The notes under the pieces: model-generated
What the model saw: the letters and a program-made list of their open reading frames with translations, nothing else
What the model was told of the DNA's origin: nothing
Databases searched by the model: none
Assembly (NCBI GenBank): GCA_964608385.1
Contig: CAZSOP010000001.1
Location: 1 to 43,074 of the forward strand
Source: an uncultured Cytophagia bacterium
Lineage (GTDB): Bacteria > Zhuqueibacterota > Zhuqueibacteria > Residuimicrobiales > Oceaniaggregativiventaceae
DNA: 43,074 bases
Reading direction: 5' to 3'
Made by a program: the position numbers and the translations under genes
In this document: piece by piece, positions 35,330-43,074 of the stretch
Layout of the letters: each line of letters starts with the position of its first letter
Position numbering within the stretch: the stretch's first letter is position 1

Positions 35330-36953
35330 ACTCGAAACTGCCATTGCGAAGAGCGGATTCGATACAGCCGTCGAAGACCCCATACTTGTGCTTGAAAAAC
35401 CCAAACAGGAAAATTTTGGCGATATTTCCACACCGGTGGCAATGAATCTTGCCCCTGTGGTTAAGCAGGCACCACGGCAAATAGCTCAGCGGATTGTCGA
35501 TCAATTTGAAATTGATCCCTATTACATCGAAAAAATAGAACTCGCTGGTCCGGGATTTATCAATTTTTTTCTTTCAAAAAAGTGTTTACAAAACGCAGTG
35601 GCTCAAATTATCAAAGAGGGACGTACCTATGGCCGCAGTGATTTGCACAAGGGTGAATCCGCCCAATTTGAATTTGTTAGTGCCAATCCCACCGGGCCCT
35701 TGAATATTGTCAGCGCCAGAGCCGCTGCTGTCGGAGATGTTTTGAGCAGTCTGCGGGCAGCAATTGGTGTCGAGGTGGAGCGTGAATTCTATGTCAACGA
35801 TGCCGGTCGGCAAATCAGATTATTGGGTGCTTCTCTGAACAGCCGATATATGACGGAACTGGGATATGACGAACCGGTACCGGAGGATGGCTATCATGGT
35901 CATTATTTACAAGAGCTGGCTGTAGAGCTGGTGCAAAACGAAGGGGATAAATATGCCGCTTTGGATAGGGGAAAGCGCCTTGAAACGTTGAGCCGGTTGG
36001 CATTGGAAGAGATGTTGAAACGGCAGAAAAAGAGTTTACAGCATTACAGATTGCAGTTTGATAACTGGTATCGCGAAAGCAGGTTACGCCGGGAAAAAGC
36101 CCATCTCAAGTTACTGGATTTGTTCAACAAAAAAAAGTTGGCCTATGAAAAAGATGGTGCAATATGGTTCCGGTCCGGTGATTTCGGTGATGAAAAGGAT
36201 CGGGTGTTGGTAACCCGTGAAGGAGAGCCGACCTATTTTTTGGTTGATATCGCCTATCATCAAACCAAATATGAACGTCGCTTTGATAAAGTATACGACA
36301 TTTGGGGGCCGGATCACCACGGCTATATCGGCCGCATGCGGGCTGCGATGCAGGCATTGGGACACGGCAAAGATAGCTTTGAGGTCATTATTGTACAGCA
36401 GGTCAACCTTTTTCGGGGGGGCAAAGTGGTTAAAATGTCCAAACGCGCCGGTGAAATCATAGAGATGGATGAATTGATCGATGAAGTCGGGGTTGATGCG
36501 GCAAGATATTTTTTTGCTGACCGGCGTTTGTCGCAACCGCTCGATTTTGATATTGACCTGGCCAAAAAACAATCCGATGAAAATCCGGTTTATTATGTTC
36601 AGTATGCACATGCCCGCATCTGCAATATTTTGGGATTTGCCCGGGAAAAGGAGCTCGAGCCGGATGAAGAAGCGCTTTCTTTGCTGAACAATGAGTCGGA
36701 ACTGTCCTTGATTAAAAAAGTAATCGATTATGTCGATGTTGTCGAAAAGGCGGCTTTACATCTGGAACCGCATCGGCTGTCCCATTATTTGCACGAGCTG
36801 GCAACTGTTTTTCACAAATTTTATCACGACAATCGGGTTGTCAGCGATGATGTCGCCTTGAGCGGTGCCCGTTTGGCTCTGGTCACAGCGGCACGGCAGG
36901 TTTTTGCCAATGGATTGGAAATTCTCGGCGTTTCAGCGCCTGAAAATATGTAA
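35301..36953 (+). CDS. argS: Arginine--tRNA ligase with a degenerate HIGH motif
   Basis: 550 aa. Motifs: FGDISTPVAMNLA, PGFINFFL, FEFVSANPTGPLNIVSARAAAVGD (NIVS where HIGH is expected), DIWGPDHHGYI, VKMSKRAGEII (KMSK present), YVQYAHARI, and the C-terminal anticodon-binding domain ...LALVTAARQVFANGLEILGVSAPENM. Confidence 0.93.
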   Translation: MDLQKHIRNRLETAIAKSGFDTAVEDPILVLEKPKQENFGDISTPVAMNLAPVVKQAPRQIAQRIVDQFEIDPYYIEKIELAGPGFINFFLSKKCLQNAVAQIIKEGRTYGRSDLHKGESAQFEFVSANPTGPLNIVSARAAAVGDVLSSLRAAIGVEVEREFYVNDAGRQIRLLGASLNSRYMTELGYDEPVPEDGYHGHYLQELAVELVQNEGDKYAALDRGKRLETLSRLALEEMLKRQKKSLQHYRLQFDNWYRESRLRREKAHLKLLDLFNKKKLAYEKDGAIWFRSGDFGDEKDRVLVTREGEPTYFLVDIAYHQTKYERRFDKVYDIWGPDHHGYIGRMRAAMQALGHGKDSFEVIIVQQVNLFRGGKVVKMSKRAGEIIEMDELIDEVGVDAARYFFADRRLSQPLDFDIDLAKKQSDENPVYYVQYAHARICNILGFAREKELEPDEEALSLLNNESELSLIKKVIDYVDVVEKAALHLEPHRLSHYLHELATVFHKFYHDNRVVSDDVALSGARLALVTAARQVFANGLEILGVSAPENM

Positions 36954-36975
36954 GTTGTAAACAGGTGAGGTAAAA

Positions 36976-37902
36976 ATGAGTGTACTCGTTGTAGGTTCAA
37001 TGGCTTATGACTCGGTAATCACCCCCCAGGATGAACGCGACCAGGCTCTCGGCGGTTCTGCCATGTTTTTTTCGGCCGCAGCCAGTTTTTTTACACCCGT
37101 AAATCTGGTGGCAGTGGTGGGTGAGGATTTTGAGATCAATGAACTCGACTTTTTAAAAAAGCGCGGCGTGAATCTGGACGGTCTGGCTCTGGAGAGGGGC
37201 AAGACGTTTCGCTGGAAAGGCCGTTATCTCGATGATATGAACGAACGTGAAACGATATATACACATTTGAATGTTTTTGAACATTTCAAGCCCTCATTGC
37301 CGGAGCATTACCGGGATAACCGCTTTATCTTTTTGGCCAATATCAATCCGGATTTGCAATACAACGTTTTGGAGCAGGTCAGGAATCCCCAATTTGTCGC
37401 GATGGATACGATGAATTTTTGGATAACCGGAACTCTGGAAGAATTGAAAAAAACACTCTCCAAGGTGGATGCATTGATTATCAATGATTCAGAAGTCAGG
37501 TTATTATCAGGCGAGCAGAACATATTTATCGGTGCCCGTAAAATTCAGGAAATGGGACCGCGAATTTTGATCGTCAAGCGCGGTGAGTATGGCGCCACGT
37601 TAATCCATGGCAATTCCTATTTTAACTGCCCTGCTTTTCCCGTAGAGCAACTCTTCGATCCAACCGGTGCAGGTGATACATTTGCCGGAGGATTGCTTGG
37701 ATATCTCGCCCGCACGGAAAAAGTGGATAATGAAAACCTGAGGCGCGCCGTCGTCTATGCAACGGCTCTCGCTTCTTTTTGTGTTGAAGCATTCAGCGCC
37801 GATCGTATTAAAGAACTCACAACCATAGAAATTCAAAACCGGAGCGAAGAAATTTATCATATGACCCGTTTCGAATTAAAAAATGCATGGGAAAAAGCAT
37901 GA
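36976..37902 (+). CDS. PfkB-family carbohydrate/nucleoside kinase
   Basis: 308 aa. Motifs: VVGSMAYDSV, ALGGSAMFFS, IINDSEVRLL, ILIVKRGEYGA, DPTGAGDTFAGGLLGYLA. Confidence 0.85.
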   Translation: MSVLVVGSMAYDSVITPQDERDQALGGSAMFFSAAASFFTPVNLVAVVGEDFEINELDFLKKRGVNLDGLALERGKTFRWKGRYLDDMNERETIYTHLNVFEHFKPSLPEHYRDNRFIFLANINPDLQYNVLEQVRNPQFVAMDTMNFWITGTLEELKKTLSKVDALIINDSEVRLLSGEQNIFIGARKIQEMGPRILIVKRGEYGATLIHGNSYFNCPAFPVEQLFDPTGAGDTFAGGLLGYLARTEKVDNENLRRAVVYATALASFCVEAFSADRIKELTTIEIQNRSEEIYHMTRFELKNAWEKA

Positions 37903-38318
37903 ACGTCATTACAGAAACGATTCCGGTGTCAACAAAAGGAAATGCCGAAATCATCGATATTACCGGCCAGGCCAAAGAACGTCTGGATAAAAGCGGCCTA
38001 CGTGACGGTATGGTTCATTTTTTTGTCTCCGGTTCGACGGCAGCAATAACGACAACTGAATATGAACCCGGCCTCATAGAGGACCTTCCGGAAGCATTGG
38101 AAAGAATTGCTCCTTCCGGGAGCGACTATCATCACGACGCCACATGGGGAGATGGCAACGGCCACTCGCATGTCCGTGCTGCCTTTCTGGGTCCTGAATT
38201 GGGTGTTCCGTTTTCAAACGGCCGTATGGCCCTGGGAACCTGGCAACAGATCATTGTGATAGATATGGATAACCGTTCCAGAAAACGGGAAATCGTCATG
38301 CAGATGATGGGAATTTAG
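37899..38318 (+). CDS. yjbQ: YjbQ/UPF0047 family protein (secondary thiamine-phosphate synthase-like)
   Basis: ATGA overlap with the pfkB-family stop (an alternative ATG lies at 37887). Motifs: FVSGSTAAITTTEYEPGLIEDL, DYHHD, GNGHSHVRAAFLGPELGVPF, LGTWQQIIVIDMD. Confidence 0.88.
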   Translation: MNVITETIPVSTKGNAEIIDITGQAKERLDKSGLRDGMVHFFVSGSTAAITTTEYEPGLIEDLPEALERIAPSGSDYHHDATWGDGNGHSHVRAAFLGPELGVPFSNGRMALGTWQQIIVIDMDNRSRKREIVMQMMGI

Positions 38319-38356
38319 TGTTTTTTGCCGTGCCGGCTTTATGGAATACCAAACCT

Positions 38357-39112
38357 ATGATTCGTATAGAGGAGCTTTCTTTTACCTATCAAAATAGCGA
38401 ACAGGGGATTTTCAAGATAAATCTTGAAATCAACCGAAAAGAGTTCATTGCCATAATAGGGTCTAACGGTTCAGGTAAAACCACGCTTGCCCGCTGTCTG
38501 AATGGTTTAATTCTTCCATCCAACGGATATGTCCTGGTTGACGGACTTTGCACGGGAAATCCTCAAGAAATTTTCGAGATTCGCCGCAGGGTAGGCATGG
38601 TTTTTCAAAACCCGGACAATCAAATCGTGTCGGCTACGGTTGAGCGGGAGGTTGCTTTTGGGCTTGAAAATATTGGTATACCGACAAAAGAAATGGTAAA
38701 GAGAGTCGAACGCATGTTAAAGCAGTTTGACCTGCAGCGACTGCGAAAAAAAAACCCTCACTATCTATCCGGCGGAGAAAAACAACGCCTGGCTCTGGCC
38801 AGTGTGATGGCCATGCAACCGCACTATCTCGTTCTCGATGAACCGACTTGCCTGCTCGATCCGCGTGCGCGTAAAGAGATCATGCAAACATGCAAACGTA
38901 TGAGCAAAGAGATGACCGTCGTTTTGATCACACAATTTCCGGAAGAAGCGCTCATGGCCGACCGTTTGCTGATCATGCATCAGGGCAACCTTTTCGCAGA
39001 TGATCGCCCGGCAACGCTTTTTTCCCGCTTTGATCTGATGCGTAAATTCGGTCTTGAACCTCCTATGCAATTCAAAGTCGAAAATGAATTGCATAAAAGC
39101 GGGCTGATTTAA
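38357..39112 (+). CDS. ECF-type (CbiO/EcfA-like) ABC transporter ATP-binding protein with no adjacent partner genes
   Basis: I prefer the ATG 38357 start (MIRIEELSFTY). Walker A: GSNGSGKTTL. ECF-type stretch: VGMVFQNPDNQIVSATVEREVAFGLENIGIP. Signature: LSGGEKQRLALA. Walker B: LVLDEPTCLLD. Confidence 0.85.
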   Translation: MIRIEELSFTYQNSEQGIFKINLEINRKEFIAIIGSNGSGKTTLARCLNGLILPSNGYVLVDGLCTGNPQEIFEIRRRVGMVFQNPDNQIVSATVEREVAFGLENIGIPTKEMVKRVERMLKQFDLQRLRKKNPHYLSGGEKQRLALASVMAMQPHYLVLDEPTCLLDPRARKEIMQTCKRMSKEMTVVLITQFPEEALMADRLLIMHQGNLFADDRPATLFSRFDLMRKFGLEPPMQFKVENELHKSGLI

Positions 39113-39147
39113 AAGTTCTGACTCGACCGATGAGGAGAAAATTACAG

Positions 39148-39392
39148 ATGTTAAAATTTGAACGGGCTGTTTCTTGTTCTGTCGTCCAGGCCTTTTATGC
39201 CTGCTCGTTGCAGTGCCTGGCTGTGACCAGCAATCTAAACGGCAAATTCTAGTTATCACCGGGAGACATGATTTCGAGGAAGAAGCTTTTTTTGAAATGC
39301 TTAACGCTCTGAATGGTGTCGATTATGATAGTCTTCGACAACCACAGGCCAATCAACTCTACCCATCAGCGGCTATGGTGGACACTAGTTGA
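39148..39392 (+). pseudogene. Frameshifted and truncated remnant of a ThuA-like (trehalose-utilisation-like) lipoprotein gene
   Basis: ATG 39148 (GAGGAG 10 nt upstream) opens MLKFERAV... A second frame from 39174 reads LFCRPGLLCLLVAVPGCDQQSKRQILVITGRHDFEEEAFFEMLNALNGVDYDSLRQPQANQLY. This looks like a lipoprotein signal plus the N-terminus of ThuA-domain proteins (..LVVTGGH.FE...F..M..). It stops after about 70 aa and is followed by AT-rich, stop-rich DNA. Family recognition is from memory only. Confidence 0.35.
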
Positions 39393-39560
39393 CATTTTAA
39401 AATAATTGCTTTATATTGGAAAAAGCATCATTGTCCAGCACCTACCGTATTGCATTCCTTTAATTACACATGTTCACAGGACCGGCAGCCTTTTGGCTAT
39501 CGGATTGATCTGGAATTGAAATTTAGACGTACCTGAACGAGGGGTTAAAACAGGAGTGCC

Positions 39561-41492
39561 ATGCAGCAGACTCTTCCAAAGCAGAGTGTTATTCCAACGG
39601 CTCTGGAACAGCTTTTTAAAAGATTTTCACAAAAACACAAGGTGGACCTGACTTTCTACAGGTCTGATGGTACTCTGCTTTTAAATTTTTCCTCTATTTT
39701 GCATAAAAATACCAAAAGCTTGTCTGCAGCAATTTTACGTCAAAGCCTTGATGTAAATCATATTGCCCTCAGCAGACGCGAGGTGCTCTACACGACATTT
39801 TGTAAAGCCCGCGTTTGGCAGGTTACCAGTCCTGTAATGGATGCAGAACGGTTGCTGGGTTATTTTTCATTCGTCAAGGTTTATGGCGAGCCGGATTCGC
39901 CGCCACAATTGAAAAAGAGCGACGATTTGATGCATTTTTTGGATTCAGCCTCTTTCCAGCCGACCCGTGGCTTGATCAGCATGGTTGAGGAATTACAGGA
40001 TCAAATAACCGTTTTGCTGCAGTGTAAGCCTGCGGCAACGGAAAACAAAGCTGCTTTTATTCTGGATAAGAACGATCGTATTTTTGCCTGGAACCAGGGG
40101 ATGGTTGAAATTTTTAGCATAAAGTCTCCATCCATAGTGGGGTCTTCTTTTTCTCAACTTCTCTACAGAGAGCATAAACAACGATGGCAAGATGCCGTAC
40201 GGCAATTTCGTCGGAACAAAGAACCGTTATCCGTGAGCGTATGGGGAGTCAATCGCGATGGTGAAGTGATCAGACTGGGAACCCGGTTTTTACAGGATAA
40301 TAGTCTCGGACGGGGATTTATCCAGGTCAAGATTGAAGAATCGGTTCAAATTTCCATATCTCATCTTCAAAAAATTCACAGTGTGCAGAATGACAAAGAG
40401 GATATCAAACCCACCCGCAAAGCGTCGCAACATTTTTTACCTCGCAAGAGCATTGCACATTTTGCCAGACATCTGGAAACCCAACTCTCGGCTATAGCCA
40501 CACAATTTTCTTCCGTTTCACCCGTTTTCGAGGGTAAATTTCATTCTCGTTTTTTTCAGATACATAAACAGATGAATAAAAGTTTTCACCTGTTGCAACC
40601 GCTGTTAGACCTGGATATCCGCATTGGGAAAAAAGTGCCTTTTGATTTGAAAGACCTTTTGTACAAGGCTGCCGGGCAGCAACAACAGTTTTTCCAGGAT
40701 CGTTTTCATTTTCATTTTGAATGTGAGGCAGAATCGTTCATGGTCGATTGTGACCCCCCACTGTTGTTTCGGGCACTGCAATATCTTATTCATAACGCCC
40801 GCGAAGCGATTTCAGAGGGCGGTGATATCCGAATTTCACTCTCCCCTACGAGAATGTCTTTTGACAGCAGTGACCAAGTGATATTGTTGTGCAAGCTTGT
40901 TATCAGCGACTCGGGGGAAGGTATTTCGGAATCGGGAATGGAACATATTTATACACCATTTTTTACGCTCAAGCATGGCAACCATTTTGGTGTGGGGCTG
41001 AGCGCTGCAAAGCACATTATCGAATTGCATCAGGGCACCGTTCAGGTCTCCTCAAAACCCGAAACAGGTACAAAAGTCATCATCTATCTGCCAATGCTTG
41101 CCAATCAAAACCACGAGGGTATTATGTCTAAATCACAGGCAGGAATTCTTATTATTGAGGATGAAGAGGATCTTCTCAAGATCAGCACGATCGTCCTTCA
41201 ACAGGAAGGATATCAACTTTTTACATCCAGAACGGCAAAGCAAGCTCTGCACATTATGCAGGAGAACATTGACACAATCCGGGTGGTGGTGCTGGATATT
41301 ATGCTTCCGGACATGGATGGTCTGGAATGTGCGGAGAAACTCCGTAAAATCAAGCCGGATATTTCTTTTATCGTTTCCAGCGGCTGGGCGCCTTCCAAGC
41401 GCTATCAACCTATTTTAGATCGCAAGGGCCGGTGGTTGCAAAAACCCTATCCGCCGGAAGATTTGGCGAGCGCCGTAAAGAAAAGTCTTTGA
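39561..41492 (+). CDS. Soluble hybrid sensor histidine kinase (unknown N-terminal domain, PAS, divergent DHp, HATPase_c, C-terminal REC)
   Basis: 643 aa with AGGAG upstream. PAS-like: AFILDKNDRIFAWNQGMVEIFSI. HATPase_c: LIHNAREAI, ISDSGEGI, FGVGLSAAKHIIELHQG. REC: ILIIEDEEDLLKI, VVVLDIMLPDMDG, FIVSSGW, LQKPY. Confidence 0.85.
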   Translation: MQQTLPKQSVIPTALEQLFKRFSQKHKVDLTFYRSDGTLLLNFSSILHKNTKSLSAAILRQSLDVNHIALSRREVLYTTFCKARVWQVTSPVMDAERLLGYFSFVKVYGEPDSPPQLKKSDDLMHFLDSASFQPTRGLISMVEELQDQITVLLQCKPAATENKAAFILDKNDRIFAWNQGMVEIFSIKSPSIVGSSFSQLLYREHKQRWQDAVRQFRRNKEPLSVSVWGVNRDGEVIRLGTRFLQDNSLGRGFIQVKIEESVQISISHLQKIHSVQNDKEDIKPTRKASQHFLPRKSIAHFARHLETQLSAIATQFSSVSPVFEGKFHSRFFQIHKQMNKSFHLLQPLLDLDIRIGKKVPFDLKDLLYKAAGQQQQFFQDRFHFHFECEAESFMVDCDPPLLFRALQYLIHNAREAISEGGDIRISLSPTRMSFDSSDQVILLCKLVISDSGEGISESGMEHIYTPFFTLKHGNHFGVGLSAAKHIIELHQGTVQVSSKPETGTKVIIYLPMLANQNHEGIMSKSQAGILIIEDEEDLLKISTIVLQQEGYQLFTSRTAKQALHIMQENIDTIRVVVLDIMLPDMDGLECAEKLRKIKPDISFIVSSGWAPSKRYQPILDRKGRWLQKPYPPEDLASAVKKSL

Positions 41493-41493
41493 A

Positions 41494-42582
41494 TCAGACG
41501 GCAAAGCGAAAGGTAATGATATCCCCGTCTTTTACCGTATAGTCACGGCCTTCCAGCCTCATGACACCGTCGCTTTTGCATTTGGCCAGGCTTTTGCGTT
41601 CTATAAAATCATCATAGTGAACCGCTTCGGCGCGAATAAAGCCTTTTTCAAAATCGGAATGTATGGTTCCGGCGGCTAGCGGCGCTTTGGTGTTTTCCGG
41701 AACCGTCCAGGCTCTCACTTCGTCCTCACCGACTGTGAAAAATGAAATCAACCCCAACAAGTCATAAGAGATTCTCACCAGTTTTTCCATGGCCGAGTCT
41801 TTTATGCCGAGGTCTGTGCGGAACAATTCGGCTTCTACCCCCTCGAGTTGCTGAATCTCCATTTCGATCTGCGCTGCTATCGTCAGTACGGCCGTGTTTT
41901 TCTCCTGAGAAACCTTCAGGTTCTTCGAAACCGTTGTGTCATCGGTCAGTTGGTTTTCATCGATGTTGAGCACCAAGATCAATGGTTTTTGCGTGAGGAA
42001 TTGATAGCCTCGTATGAGGTGTTGTTCGTCGACGCTAAGCGCTATATTGCGCAGAGGGATTTCTTCTTCCAGCTGTTTTAACAGTCCTTGCAGGAGCGTA
42101 TGTTCCTTAACATCCTGATCGTTTTTTTTGACCCGCATTTGTCTTTCTAAACGATCCAGTCTGTTTTCTATGATGCTCATGTCACTAATGATAAATTCTG
42201 ATAGTATGATATCCAAATCGCGATTGGGGTCGAGTGAACCGAGGGTATGAGCAACATTGGGATTTTCAAAACTGCGCAGAACGATTAAAATTGCATCTAC
42301 CAGGCGAAGCTGACCGAGAAAATGATCGCTGAAACCCTGTTTTTTCTGCTGATCCGGATGGATTCCGGCAAGATCGATGTATTCGATGGTGGCCGGGACT
42401 TTTTTCTGGGGGGCAAATATATCATTGAGCTGCTCCAGGCGTTCGTCCGGTACCCTGATAACAGCATGATGTGCATCTTCCTTGCCGCCTGAATAGGCTG
42501 CGGTGCTGACTTGCTGGCCGGTTAAAGCATTATATAAAGTGGTTTTGCCTGATTGCGGTAACCCTACAATACCGATTTTCAT
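41494..42582 (-). CDS. ychF: Ribosome-binding ATPase YchF
   Basis: 362 aa. Motifs: MKIGIVGLPQSGKTTLYNALTG, IEYIDLAG, FFTVGEDEVRAWTVPENTKAPLAAGTIHSDFEKGFIRAEAVHYDDF, RLEGRDYTVKDGDIITFRF. Confidence 0.97.
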   Translation of the reverse strand: MKIGIVGLPQSGKTTLYNALTGQQVSTAAYSGGKEDAHHAVIRVPDERLEQLNDIFAPQKKVPATIEYIDLAGIHPDQQKKQGFSDHFLGQLRLVDAILIVLRSFENPNVAHTLGSLDPNRDLDIILSEFIISDMSIIENRLDRLERQMRVKKNDQDVKEHTLLQGLLKQLEEEIPLRNIALSVDEQHLIRGYQFLTQKPLILVLNIDENQLTDDTTVSKNLKVSQEKNTAVLTIAAQIEMEIQQLEGVEAELFRTDLGIKDSAMEKLVRISYDLLGLISFFTVGEDEVRAWTVPENTKAPLAAGTIHSDFEKGFIRAEAVHYDDFIERKSLAKCKSDGVMRLEGRDYTVKDGDIITFRFAV

Positions 42583-42831
42583 TAGGAATCCCTGTTATAA
42601 TGTCCGGAGGCCGGAGGTTTTGTCGTATCAATAAAAATAATGTTATTAAACTCAAAGCGAACAAAAAATATAACGGTCTGAACTTGCAGATGCAAGTAAA
42701 ATAATACACTGGTTACGTTATTCGGACGATGCATGCCATTTTTCCGGTTTGATATTTCCGATAAAATGGCTAGATTATAAAAATTAGCAATATCCGAGCT
42801 GGTTTGTATTATATCAAGGGAACAGGTGCAA

Positions 42832-43047
42832 ATGGCACAATCACAAAAATTCGGTTCCATGGTTTGTCCCAATTGTGGTAAATTGATTTCATCAAATGCC
42901 AAAACTTGTATGCACTGTGGCATGAAAAATCCCGGTCGATGGAATAGAAATAGCTTTCCGGGTTCTTTACTAGGCAATTTCAGTGATCCGATATTGATTA
43001 TCAGGAACAGCTGTATTATAGTATCGATGCATTCAGGTGTGGAGTAG
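42832..43047 (+). CDS. Small zinc-ribbon domain protein, possibly the N-terminus of a larger disrupted or edge-truncated gene
   Basis: The CPNCGKLISSNAKTCMHCG motif (CxxC-N11-CxxC) follows ATG 42832. The tail after the ribbon is not clearly protein-like and the window ends 27 nt after the stop. Confidence 0.4.
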   Translation: MAQSQKFGSMVCPNCGKLISSNAKTCMHCGMKNPGRWNRNSFPGSLLGNFSDPILIIRNSCIIVSMHSGVE

Positions 43048-43074
43048 CTGTATGCGCCTTTGTATGCGAGACGA

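Noticed and set aside
42582-42977. The 131-aa minus-strand ORF upstream of ychF, and a 36-aa basic ORF starting at 42600.
   Set aside because: The 131-aa ORF overlaps the zinc-ribbon gene in antisense and has an implausible composition. The 36-aa ORF has no SD and sits in the AT-rich ychF promoter region. The 7+2+7 palindrome ACTTGCA-GA-TGCAAGT and the tandem CCGGAGG CCGGAGG here are too short to call as operators.

Overview
This is a 43-kb chromosomal segment from a diderm (Gram-negative) bacterium. Gene content points to an FCB-superphylum or candidate-phylum lineage: a T9SS-type C-terminal sorting domain, a CarboxypepD_reg-type TonB receptor, a giant SBBP/beta-helix surface protein, KDO-8-P synthase and a GT9 heptosyltransferase. 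I can support about 30 intact protein genes.

The left third (1-14.9 kb) is envelope and accessory:
- a His-rich TonB-dependent receptor
- a secreted DUF4091/GH123-like glycosidase with a dockerin-like tail
- a 1756-aa T9SS-type surface protein
- two predicted outer-membrane or secreted proteins

The rest is mainly housekeeping (kdsA, folE, a PTPS/QueD-family gene, nrnA-like DHH, ispB-like, UXS, GT9, rsfS, argS, pfkB-family, yjbQ, ychF). Interspersed are three soluble histidine-kinase genes and an uncharacterised secreted pair (S55-like peptidase plus a 7-bladed propeller).

I saw no rRNA, tRNA, CRISPR array, transposase, integrase, phage gene or recognisable defence system, and I cannot point to a clear-cut new system.

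The best second-look items are:
- the secreted S55-like/beta-propeller pair, with an nrnA-like gene downstream that has no canonical start codon
- the His-rich TonB receptor module
- an ArgRS whose HIGH motif reads NIVS
- a soluble GAF-kinase / REC-PAS-kinase phosphorelay with a Cys-motif PAS domain and no output domain
- two decayed gene remnants in spacers (GusA-like GH2, ThuA-like)
- a 425-bp ORF-free spacer with a strand-specific hairpin

All family calls come from reading motifs in the translations. No database search was run.
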